From Rebecca billardiae RCC1528 (lineage: Eukaryota; Protista; Haptophyta): a DNA stretch of 64,000 nt. The stretch covers positions 3,013,874 to 3,077,873 of the forward strand of contig OZ251228.1 of NCBI GenBank assembly GCA_965240325.2, written 5' to 3'. Shown piece after piece: positions 31,197-42,400 of this stretch. The position numbers and the translations under genes are program-made. The notes beneath the pieces are model-generated. The model ran no database searches, was not told where the DNA came from, and worked only from the letters and a program-made list of their open reading frames with translations. Position 1 is the first letter of the stretch. Each line of letters starts with the position of its first letter.

Positions 31197-34100
31197 ATGC
31201 TCGCGCCGCAGCAGGCGGCGGCGATGCAGCCGCCGCAGCAGCAGGTCGCGCCGGGCGGCGCGCCGCCCGGCACGCCCGACCTCAAGCGGCCGCGCCCGCC
31301 CGACGAGGAGGAGCCGCCGCCGGGCGAGTACGACGGCGAGACGATGCTCGCGGCCGCGCAGGAGGCGGCGACCGAGGAGTCGGAGGCGCTCGCGCTCGTG
31401 TTCCAGCCGTACCGGCCGGTGCGCGTGACCGAGGCGGCGATGGGCGGGCCGGTGGGCACGCCGCACCCGGAGACCATCGTCGAGGCCGCGTCGATGCTCT
31501 CGGTGCTGCCGCCCAAGCCCACGTACGCGCCCGCGCTCGACACGCGGCTGCTGCGCCCGCCCGCGCCGGGCGAGAGCTCGCCGCTCTCGTCCGTGCAGTA
31601 CGAGTCGGTCGTGTACGCGGGGCAGGCGCACTCGGGCACCGTCGAGCCCGCGCCCGGGCTCGTGTGCACGCGCGGCTTCTACATTGGCGACGGCACCGGC
31701 GTCGGTGCGCGCGGCCGCGCGCGCGCCCAGCCCGCGGCGCGCAGCGGAGCTCGCCTGCTCGCTCGCTCACGGCCCCGTCCCGCGCCGCGCCCCGCCCCGC
31801 CCTCGCCCGCCGCGCAGGCAAGGGGCGGCAGGTGGCGGGCGTGATCCTGGACAACGTCGCGCAGGGCCGGCTGCGCCACATCTGGCTCTCGATCTCGGCC
31901 GAGCTGCTGTACGACTGCCGGCGCGACCTCGCCGACCTGGGGGTGGGCGAGGGCGCGGTGCGCGTGTACGCGCTGCACAAGCTGCCGTACCCGCCGCTCG
32001 AGCCCGAGGACGGCGTGGGCGACGGCGTGATGTTCGCCTCGTACTCGGCGCTGATCGCGGCCAACAAGGCGGGCGGGCGCAGGCTCGACCAGCTCGTCGC
32101 GTGGGCGGCGGACGGCGGCGACCCGCGTCTCTTCGAGGGCGTGATCGCGCTGGACGAGTGCCACAAGGCGAAGCACTCGGCGACGGAGGGGCGGCTCAAG
32201 CCGACCAAGACGGGCGAGGCCGTCGTCGAGCTGCAGCGCCGGCTGCCGCGCGCGCGTCTGCTGTACGTGTCCGCCACCGCCGCGTCCGAGGTGCGCGACC
32301 TCGCGTACATGGAGCGGCTCGGGCTGTGGGGCGTGGGCGCGCCCTTCCGCACGTTCTCCGACTTCTCGGCGGAGATGACGCGCGGCGGGATCGCCGCGAT
32401 GGAGCTGCTCGCGATGGACCTCAAGGCGCGCGGGCTGCTCGTCTCGCGCATGCTCGCCTTCGACGGCTGCTCGTTTGAGGTGGCGGTCGCGCCGCTCTCG
32501 GCGCAGCAGCGCGCGCTGTACGACGGCGCGGCGGCGCTGTGGCTGCGCGTGCTCGGGCTGTTCGACAAGGCGGCCGCCGTGCTCGAGCAGGCGCCCGCCG
32601 GCGGCGCCGCCGGCGGCGCCGCCGGGCCCGCGCCGCCCAAGGTGACGCAGCACGTGTGGGGCGCGCACCAGGCGTTCTTCCGGCAGCTGCTGAACGCGCT
32701 CAAGGCGCCCGCGGTGATTGCGCACGCGGAGGGCGCGCTCGCCAAGGGGCACTCGGTGGTGCTCGGGCTGATGAGCACGGGCGAGGCGCGCATGGCGGAC
32801 GCGGAGGCGCGCGCCGCCGCCGCGCAGGCCGAGCTCGAGGCGGTGTCCGCGCCCGCCGAGATCCTGCGCGCCGTGCTCGAGAAGCACCTGCCGCAGCCCG
32901 CGCTCGCCGCGAGCCCCGCGCTCGCGCTCGAGCGCGACGGCCTGATCGCCGAGCTGGAGGCGCTGCCGATGCCGCCCACCGCGCTCGACATCGTCGTCTC
33001 GCACTTTGGGCCCGAGCGCGTCGCCGAGATGACCGGGCGCAAGCGCCGGCTGCTGATCGGCGCGGACGGGCGCGTGCGCACCGAGTCGCGCGCGAGTGCG
33101 GGCATCCCGCTCGAGCAGGTCAACCTGCACGAGCGCGCGGCCTTCATGCGCGGCGCCAAGCGCGTGGCGATCATCTCCGAGGCGGCGAGCGCGGGGATCA
33201 GCCTGCACGCGGACTGCGCGCACGCGAACACGCAGCCGCGGCTGCACCTCACGATGGAGCTCGCGTGGAGCGCGGAGAAGCAGCTGCAGCAGTTTGGGCG
33301 CACGCACCGCGCGCGGCAGGCGCAGCCGCCGCACTACAAGCTGCTCGTGTCCGACGTGGGCGGCGAGGCGCGCTTCGCGGCGACGGTGGCGCGCCGGCTC
33401 GCCGCGCTCGGCGCGATCACGCGCGGCGACCGGCGCGGCGCGAGCGGCGTCTCCTTCGCGCAGTTCGACTACGACTCCGCGCAGGGCGGGCGCGCGCTCG
33501 AGCTGCTCTACCTGGCGATCGGCGACGGCGCGCGCGAGGCGCGGCTGTGGGACGAGCTGCGCGCGCTGCTCGAGCGCGCGCGCGGCCGGCAGCTCGCCGC
33601 GGCGAACGCGGGCGCGCCGCCGCCGCCGCCGCCCGCGGACGCCGCGGCCGCGCGCGCGAGCGGCCCGCGCGAGCCGCTGCCGCTGCGCCACCTCTGCCGC
33701 CTCGGGCTCGCGCGCGCGCTGCGGCAGCCGCCGGCCGCGCGCCTCTCGGCGGACGACGCGGCCGCCGTCGGCGCGCTGCGCCGCGCCGCGGCGGCGAACC
33801 GCTCGGGGCACTCGCTCAAGCGGCTGCTCGCGCTCTCGGCGCTGCTGCCGCCGCCCTCGCCCGCCGGCCCGCTCCGCTCGCAGGCCTTCTTCGAGGAGGC
33901 GGCGCACTACCTGGCGGACATGCGGCTGGTGGGCCACGCGCGCGCCGCGCCGTACGTGCCCGAGGGGCCGGAGCGCAAGGCGGTGCCCAAGTTCCTCAAC
34001 CGCATGCTCGGGCTGCCCGTGGGCGCGCAGCGCGCGCTGCTCGACGTGTACGCGGCGACGCTGCTCGCGCTGCGCGGGTACGAGCGCTCGCGCGGCACCA

Positions 34101-34802
34101 CCGACGACGGCCCGCGCACGCTCTCGGGCGAGCGCATCCGGCTGCGCAACGGCGCCCACGGCGCGGTGGTGCACGAGGACAGGCTGTCGGGCGCGCAGAC
34201 GGTGCTGTACGAGCTCGAGGTGGACACGGGCGTCTCGTGGGGCGCGGTGCTCGCCAAGCAGCGGCAGGCGGAGGAGCTCGAGGCGGTGCAGGCCGCGGGC
34301 GCCGAGCGCGGCGGCGCCGGCGTCGAGGGCGCCGAGGGGCGCGGCCTGCGCGCCGGCTTCTACGTGCAGCGCCGCACCGGACGCGTGGCGCACGCCAGCC
34401 CCATCGGCGCGCGCCTCGGCGGCGGCGGCGGCGGCAAGGGCGGCGGCGAGAAGGGCGCGCCGCGCGCGTTCCGCCTCACGCGCCCGTGGCGCGGCGTGCG
34501 CGGCGGCGGCGGCGCCGCCGCCGGTGCCGGCGAGAAGGGCGGCGGGCGCGCGGGCTCGCGCGCCGTGGCGCAGCACGTGCACGCGACCGAGCTGCGCGAC
34601 AAGTGGCTGCGCGTGGGCGAGACGGAGGCGGCGGCGCTGTGGGACGCGGAGCACTGCGCGCACGCGGAGGAGCGCATGGAGGTGTGCTTCATCCTCTCCG
34701 GCGCCGTGCTGCCCATCTACGCCGCGGTGCAGGCCGCGCTCAGCGCGGCGCGCCCGCGCGGCGGCGGCGGCGGCGGCGCGCAGCCGGCGGCCGGCGGCGC
34801 GG

Positions 34803-34845
<43 letters not shown>

Positions 34846-35461
34846 GCAGCTGCGCGTGCGGCGCGCGCTCGTGTCGGACGGCGGCCACGGCACGGCGGTG
34901 GTGGGCGTGCTGCTCGACGCGCACGCCAAGGAGCTGCTGCTGCGCCAGCTCAAGCAGCGCGACGAGAAGCCGCCGCCGCCCGAGCCGCCGCGCCGGCCGG
35001 GCTGGGCGGCGGCGCTGCACAGCGGCGGCGTGCTCGCCGCGCTCGCGGCCGAGCGGCACGCGGCCGCGCGGCCCGGCGCGCCCGCGCCGCCGCTCGGCGG
35101 CGGCGGCGGCGGCGGCGGCGAGGACGACCCGTTCTCGCAGCAGCCCGCGGACGCCGACGACGGCGCGGACGACGAGGACGACGACGAGCGCGCGCCGGGC
35201 GGCGGCGGGTACCAGGCGGAGATGGAGCGGCTGCGCGACATGCTGCGCGCGCCGCCGCCCATCGCGCCGCCCGCCGCCGGCGCCGCGCCGCCGCCGCTCG
35301 TTCCGCCCGCGTGGCAGCGCCCGCCGCTGCCCGCCGCGCCCGCGGGCGGCGCGTTCGGCGGCGCGATGCCCGCGCCGCAGCCGGCCGCCGGTGCGGGCGA
35401 GGCGGCGGCGGCGGCGGACGACGACGACGACGACGACGAGCTGTTCGACATGGTCGGCTGA
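31197..35461 (+). CDS. SBNO: Strawberry notch (SBNO)-family SF2 helicase-like protein; exons 31197-31704 and 31818-35461
   Basis: LSSVQYESVVYA, GFYIGDGTGVGKGRQ (across the intron), DECHKAK, YVSATAA, YMERLGLWG, VAEMTGR, ISEAASAGISLH, QQFGRTHR and KFLNRMLG. Confidence 0.93.
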
Positions 35462-35809
35462 TGGCGACCCGTGCCATCAGCAGCTGCTGTCGTCAAATTC
35501 ATTCAATTTATTCAGCGTCAGCCGTCAATGCGTCATCGTATAGCGCGCACACGATTCGCGCAGCAGCAGGACCGACGCCGATCGATGCTGATCGTCGCGC
35601 GATAGGATGATATAGCAGTAGATATATGCGCAGTCGTCGTATAGTAATCAGCAGCAGCATCATCGTCATCAACATCGCGCGCATCATCGATCGTCAGCAC
35701 TGATGATCGTCGAGGGCGGAGCGCGCGCCGCCATCAGGTGATGATGCCGAGACTGATGGCGGCTGCAGCGGCTGCGGACGGACGGACGCAGCGACCGACG
35801 AGCAGCGCG

Positions 35810-37360
35810 TCAGCCGCCGCCGCCCGCCGCGTCGGCGGGCACGCCCGCGCGCGCCTGCGCGGGCGTGAGGTTGACGGTCGCGGCCTTGCGCGCGAGCTGG
35901 TCGCCCGCGCCGGCGAGCGCCGCGCGCATCGCCGCGAGCCGCGCGCCGAAGCCGCGCGGCTGCGCGGCGACGCGCGCGTCAAAGTCGGCGGCGACGCGCG
36001 CGTACAGCCGCGCCGAGCAGCGGTTGTGCGCGCGCAGCGCGGCGAGCGCGGCGTCGCCCGCGCGCGCGGCGGGCCGGCCGCGCGTCGCGGCGTTGACGTT
36101 GACGCGCGCGGCGGGCGGCAGCGCCTGCAGCCCCAGCGCGTCGGCGAGCAGCAGCAGCGCCTCGTCCAGCCGCTCGGACGGCGCGACCAGGTCGACCGCC
36201 GCCAGCGCGGCCTCGGCGCGCGCGAGCGCGGCGCGGCAGCTCCACAGCCGCGCGCGGCGCAGCGCGGCGAAGTACGCGGCGCGCGCGCGCAGCACGCCGA
36301 GCAGCGCGAGGCGCTCGTCGTTGTAGTAGCCGTGCAGCCGGTCGACCGCGCGGCCCGCGCAGCGCCGCGCCTTGTCGCGCGCGCACGCGCGCGCGCGCGC
36401 GGCCGCGGCCGCGGCCGCGGCCGAGCGGCGCGTGCCGGCGAGCGCGGCGCGCGCCGCCTCGAGCGCGGCGCCCTCCGCCGCCGCGACCTCGGCGGCGCCG
36501 CGCCGGCCGCTCGCGGCGAGCTCGGCGGGCTCGGGCAGGCGCAGCCCGAGGCTCGGCGTGCCGCTCCCCTCGAGCAGCAGCGCCTCCGGCTTGAGGGCGG
36601 CGAACTGGGGCAGCGAGAGGTTGAGGTGGTCGGGCTCGTTCACAAAGTAGAAGTAGTCCGACAGCAGCCAGGAGGCGGGGGAGCGCAGCAGCGAGACGGA
36701 GAGGAGCGCGCAGCCGCGCAGCGGGGCGGGGGCGGCGGCGAGCGCGCGCAGCCCGCGCGCGAACGGCTCGAGCCGCACGTCGCAGTGCACCTCCCAGTAG
36801 TGCAGCGCCGGCGCGGCGCGCTCGGCGCGCGCGGCGCGCGCGCGCGCGCGCGCGCCGCCGCCGGGCGCCGTGCCCATCTGCTGCCGCGGCGGCGCGCCGG
36901 GCAGCCTCGCAAAGGCGGCGGCGTGCTCGTCGACGCGGGCGCAGGCGAAGCGCGCCTGCCGCACCGCGCCGCCGCCCGCCTGCCGCGCGTACAGCTGCTG
37001 CGACGCGAAGAGCGCCGCCTTGAGCATCGTGCCCGCCGCCTTGCGCACGTGCAGGTGCGCCACCACCGCGCACGCGCACGGCGGCGCGGGCAGCACGTCC
37101 GGCCGCGGGCCGAGCGCGGCGAGGCGCGCGGCGCAGGGCACGCTCGGCCGCAGGCTGGCGTTGGCGCCGCTGGCGTCGGCGCGCGCCGCCAGCGCCGCGA
37201 GCGGCGGCGGCGGCGGCGGCGGCGCGCGCGGCGCGGCCGCCGCCGCGGCCGCGCGCGCCGCGAGCACGCGCTCGGCCGGGCGGCGGAGCGCGAGCGCGAG
37301 CGCGGCGCCGAGCGCGACGCACGCGGCGCAGAGCACGGCGCGCGCCGCGCGCCGCCACAT
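35810..37360 (-). CDS. Sulfotransferase-like type II membrane protein
   Basis: N-terminal signal anchor and Pro-rich stem; 5'-PSB-like HLHVRKAAGT and 3'-PB-like LLRSPASWLLSDY; C-terminal LRAHNRCSARLY resembles the N..D..LY motif. Confidence 0.68.
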   Translation of the reverse strand: MWRRAARAVLCAACVALGAALALALRRPAERVLAARAAAAAAAPRAPPPPPPPLAALAARADASGANASLRPSVPCAARLAALGPRPDVLPAPPCACAVVAHLHVRKAAGTMLKAALFASQQLYARQAGGGAVRQARFACARVDEHAAAFARLPGAPPRQQMGTAPGGGARARARAARAERAAPALHYWEVHCDVRLEPFARGLRALAAAPAPLRGCALLSVSLLRSPASWLLSDYFYFVNEPDHLNLSLPQFAALKPEALLLEGSGTPSLGLRLPEPAELAASGRRGAAEVAAAEGAALEAARAALAGTRRSAAAAAAAARARACARDKARRCAGRAVDRLHGYYNDERLALLGVLRARAAYFAALRRARLWSCRAALARAEAALAAVDLVAPSERLDEALLLLADALGLQALPPAARVNVNAATRGRPAARAGDAALAALRAHNRCSARLYARVAADFDARVAAQPRGFGARLAAMRAALAGAGDQLARKAATVNLTPAQARAGVPADAAGGGG

Positions 37361-37507
37361 CGGCTCGCTCTTCGCGCCTCCTCGCCGCTACTATCGCGGC
37401 GCCGCCGCCATCGCGGCCCAGCGAAGCCTCTTGCCGCGCGGGCGGGGCTGCCCGTTGACGAATAATGACGATTCTCTGCTGCTGCGGGAGCGGACGGGCG
37501 GCGCGCG

Positions 37508-38862
37508 ATGGCGCCGCCGCTCGCGCTCGTCGTGCTGCTGCTCGCGCTGCTCGGCGCGTCCGCGCCGCGCGCGCCGCGCGCGGCCCACGCGCCGGCGCGC
37601 GGCGGCGGCGGGCGCGCGCCCGCGCCGCCCGGCGCGCGGCGCGGCGGCGTCGCCCGGCGCTCGGGGTCGCGCGCGCCGCCGTGCCGGCTGCTCTCCTTCT
37701 CGGGCGGCGGCAGCTGGGGCGCGTTCGAGGCGGGCGTGCTCTCGCGGCTGGTGGAGCGGCGCACGGCGGCGACGCCCGACTGGGACGTCGACGCGCTCCT
37801 CGGCGTCTCCGCCGGCGCGCTCAACGCCGCGCTGCTCGCGACGCACGCGCGCGGCACGGCGGGCCTGCGCGCGGGCGCGGCCGAGCTGCGGATGCTCTGG
37901 TCCAAGGCGCGCACGGCCGACGTGTGGTCGCTGCCCGGGGCGGCCGACGCGCTCGGCGCGGGCCGCGGGGCGGGCGGCTGGTCGCTCGGCCTGCCGCGCG
38001 GCCTCCTCTCCACGCGGCCGCTCGACCGGCTGCTCGCGCGCACGCTGGGCGGGCGCGCGCTGGCGCGCAACGTGTCGATCGGGCTCACCAACCTCGCGTC
38101 CGGCCAGGCGGTGGTCGCGGACGAGCGCACGCTGCGCGGGCGCGCGCCCGCCGGCTCGCGCTCGGTGCTGCACACGCACCTGATGGCCTCGTGCGCCATC
38201 CCGTTCCTCTTCCCGCCCGTGAGCGTGAACAAGTCGCTGCACATTGACGGCGGCGTGTCGCACAACGTGCTCACGCACCACGGACTCAGCCGGTGAGCGC
38301 GCGCCCGCGCGAGCGGGCGCGCGAGCGCGAGCGCGCGCACCCGCGAGCGCGACCGCCGCCGCGGCCGCCGCGCGGCGCGCACCCGCGCAGCTACTGCCCG
38401 GACCGCTCGGCGCCGGTCGAGCTCGAGATCATCGACGCGATGCCGCGCGCGCGCGCGCTCACGGCCGAGGAGTCGCAGAAGCTGGGCGCGCTCGACATCG
38501 CCTTGCGCACCGCGCAGCTGCTGTTCGCCGCCGCGGCGGAGCACGAGCTCAACGCGCGCTGCGCGGACGGCGTCACCTCCAACATCGTCGCGCGCGTGCA
38601 CTCGCCGTCCAACGCGCCGGTGCGCGCGGCCGCGCGTCCACCCAGCAGCGAGGCGCGGCGGCGCGCTGAGCGAGCGCGCGCGCGCGCGCGCGCGCGCCCC
38701 TCCGCGCAGCGCGACACGGCAAAGGCGGCGCGCTTCGCGGCGCTGATGGCGCCGATGCAGGGGAAGGCCGTGTCGATGCTCGACTTTGACCACGGCGAGC
38801 TCATGTGGCGGCTGGGGTACGAGGGCTCGGACGTGGAGGAGTTCCACTTCTGCCCGCACTGA
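37508..38862 (+). CDS. Patatin-like phospholipase with a signal peptide; introns 38293-38390 and 38620-38709
   Basis: SGGGSWGAF oxyanion loop, GVSAG nucleophile elbow, ASCAIPFLFP and DGG motifs. Confidence 0.9.
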
Positions 38863-39469
38863 GCAGAGGGGCCCTGACTGACTCCTGCTGATTCACTGAT
38901 CAGCCGAGTGGCCAGTGGGGCGACCGACGCCTCGCGGCGGCGGCACGCGGTCGTCATGCATGGTCCGCGCGCCGCTGCATGCTAGCAGCATAGCAGCAGT
39001 TAGCGCGCGCGCTGCGTGATGCTGGCAGCAACAGCGTATATAGCTAGCGGCAGTCCTCAGCGGTCGATCTATAAGCGGGAGTGCGCCTGCCATCAGCTCC
39101 GGGACGGGTCGTCTATATATCGTCACCGTTGTCCTCACTTGTCGCCGCCGCCATGACTGTCACTGAGCTAGTGCCAGCGGCACGCGCGTACACGGTCGAT
39201 CACTACGCCGCCGCAAGCCATCCGAGCAATCAACCGCCACTCGCTCACGACGCTGTCCGCTAGCTCGCAACGGTACTACGCGTAACCTGCCGGGGCGGGC
39301 ATAAGGTAGTATATCAGCGCAGTCCGGGCAGCTGCGTCATTCGCTCGTCATAGGGCTAGAGCGAGTCGACGAGGCAGGCGCGCGCCGCGCCGGACACCGC
39401 CCCGAGTGACAGGCTCGGGCGCGAAGCGGGGGCCGTCAGCTCAGCGTGCGCCCCGAAGATACGGTGAGC

Positions 39470-42400
39470 AAGCGGCGGTGCAGTGCCGCTCTATACCACC
39501 AGTAGACCGAGTCTGACTCGCGGGGGCGTGGCGCCAGGCCTCTCCTGGATGCGCCGTAGCCATCAGCACTAGATCAGTGCCGCTGCCTGCACAACTGCCA
39601 CTCGGACCGGGCGCGGCCGAGCTCACTTGCGCCAACGCGGGCGGCGCTGCTGGGGGCGTCGGCTGAGGGCACGCGAAGAAGCACTGCGGCCGTTCACGTC
39701 GGCCGATGCCCCGAGTACGGCCTCTGGGTCCGTCGCTGAGTGCCACCGCACCCGCTCGGCCCGCCGTGTGCCAGCCCACTGGCTCGGCCGCCGCCCTGCC
39801 CGCAGCGGCTCCAGTCGTCAGCGCAGCGGATCTCACTTTGTGGCGACTGCTGCTCGTGCTCACGTACAGCAGCGCAGTCGGCTGCTCATCACGCGCCTGT
39901 CGTGGTGGGGGCAGGGTCAGCACGTCGTAGTAGTAGTCGATCGGCCGACCAATGCCGGCGCCGGTGCGTCCGCCGGTCCCCTAGCTACTACTCCCCAGAC
40001 CCCAGCGGACCGGGGACCAGTCAGGAACGGCCATCACTCGTCGGCGCCGCAATCTGCAGACGCGCGTGGTGAGCACCGCAGCCGCGGTCCCAGCGCGTGG
40101 CCCTCTGATGGCCAAAGCTGCCCCCGCCCCGGCCCCCCATCTGACGCTCGGCAAACCTGCACCTGGTGTGCAGAGTGGGCAGCAACCACGGCGGCGACCA
40201 GGTCGGCCATCGCGCGTGAGCGCCAGCACTCGGCGCACACGTCGCTCATCCTGCCGCCGTACGCGCCCACTCTGCTGTGCCGCCGCGCGCCTCACGTCAA
40301 AAGAGCGCGCGCCTCGCAGCGGCGCGGATGCGTTGAGGTCGAGACGAGCACACTCGAGCGCTGCCATTGCGTGTCAGCGGCGGTGATGAGCAGCAATCGC
40401 GCAGACGCCGCCCCATCCCACCGCGCTAGGAGTCACGCCATCGCCATCACTCGCGTCTGGCTGTGGCCGCGGCAGCCCGGTCGCTGCCTCCGGGTGCTGC
40501 CGGGCAGCCTCTGGTAGGGCGCGTTGGGCGGCGGATCAGCGATGACGGGCGTCTGCTGGCGAGCCCTTGGCCGCAGCATGCGCATCGTCTAGTCAAGCAG
40601 CCACGCCCGCGCCCGCCGCCGCCATTTGTCGTAGTCTACTCAGTTGCCGCGCACGGCCTGCCGACCACGCTGCAGCTGATGGCCTCTGCCTTCCGGCTGG
40701 CTCTGAGTCTGAGTCTGAGTGGCGAGGTGCGATGAACCGCGGCGCAGCACGCGGCGGTCAAGCCGAGCGCGATGCGTGGGACCCACCGGGCTACCCGCAC
40801 GAGGGCGCACACGACGACCCCGTGCCAGCCTCGGGCTGCGGCTGCAGCGCCGAGGCCAGTGCGCCCGGAGCCGTGCCGGCTGCGCCGAGCGCGCGATGCC
40901 AGGCGCGCCCGCCGTCCAGTGCGGCTCGGCTGGGCTCGTCTGACCTCGGCGCAGCACGCGGCGCCGCGGCCGAGGTCGAGGCGTGACATCCCGCGACTAT
41001 GCCCGCGCGGGCCCGCACGGGCTGCCCGTGCCCCAGGCTCGCGGGCTGTCGCGGCCGTACCGATGCTGGGCCGCCTGGGGCAGCGCGCGCTGTCGTCGGG
41101 GGCTGTCCACCGCGCGCCAAAGTGGGCGCGACGGCAGCGCGCGGGGCGGTGCGAGCCAGCCGAGCGATCGCAGCGCGTGCTGCTCGGCGGCGCGTGGCGG
41201 GAGCGCGCCGCGGACGTGGCTGGCGCCGCGCACCAGCTCAGCTGCCCCCGCCCCGCGCCCCCATCTCCCACCTCGTCCGAGCTGCCTCTGGTGCGCGCCA
41301 TCACGGCCGCGAGCGGTCTACGCGCAGCTGCTGCATGCCGCTGGTCGCGCACGCGCCTCACGTCGAAGGCGCGGCCGCCCCTTACAGGGACGCGTGCACG
41401 TGGCGATCGAGACGAGCACACCCGAGCGCGGTCAGCGCGGGTCGGCAGTGGCGAGCAGCAGAAGAGCAGTCTCTATGTTGGACGGCCGCGCACGCCGCGG
41501 CCGAGCTCTGCGCGCAGACTTGGCAGCTGTTCACGCGTGGCTGGCGGGCACCGCGCACTGCGCGGCGTCGTGCAATTAAGCGACGGAAACGCGAGTGCAT
41601 CCCCCCAGTACGCGCGCTCGACCGCTCGGCAGTGCACCCGCGCGGCCGCGCGCGGCCGGCTGCGTTTGCGAGGCAGCGCGGCCGGGCGAGGGGCTGGCGG
41701 TGCACTCGCGCCGCCGCGCACTGTCGCGATGGCAGCGCGTGGGACGTGGTGAGCGGCGCTCTGGGCGCGTGCTTCGACGGCGCGTGGATCCCCTCGCGCA
41801 CAACTGCGCCGGCGTGCGCGCGCACGCGACGCGCACGACAGCCGCCTTTGGCGGACGGCCGGGAAGCGGCGCCGCCATGCTGAGGCCGAGTCGTTGACTT
41901 TTCCCTCGCCTGGAAGATCGGTGGTCACTTTTTTTCGCGACGCCACCGTCGGCCGTTGGTCGCGCGAATTCAGCATGGCCTCTCCCCACGCGGGGACGAG
42001 TCTGCATCCCGCGGCGCGATGGGCGCGAGCCCGCGTCGCACGGGGCGGTCGTGCGCCTGGAGGTACGCACGTGAAGCGCCGTATCCGCCCCTGCGCCTCG
42101 CACCAGCCCAAGGCGGCCTCCGCCCCCGCCCCCGCCCCCCCGTCACACTCGTCGTCCGACCTGCCTCCGGCTAGCCCGCGGTGGGCTCTCCAACAGCCGC
42201 GCCCGGCGGTTCGGGCGGGGGATCCGCGATGCTGGGCGTCCACAGGCGAGCCGTCGATGCATCGTGAGCGCCGTCTCGTCGGCAGCCGTCACCCGAGCCC
42301 GCGCCCGCCGCCGCCATGTGGAGTCTCAGTCGCTGCTGCCTGCAGGTAGTGTGTCCCGCTGACCACTCGGCAGCTGCCGCTGGCTTCTGCCTTTCTGGCT

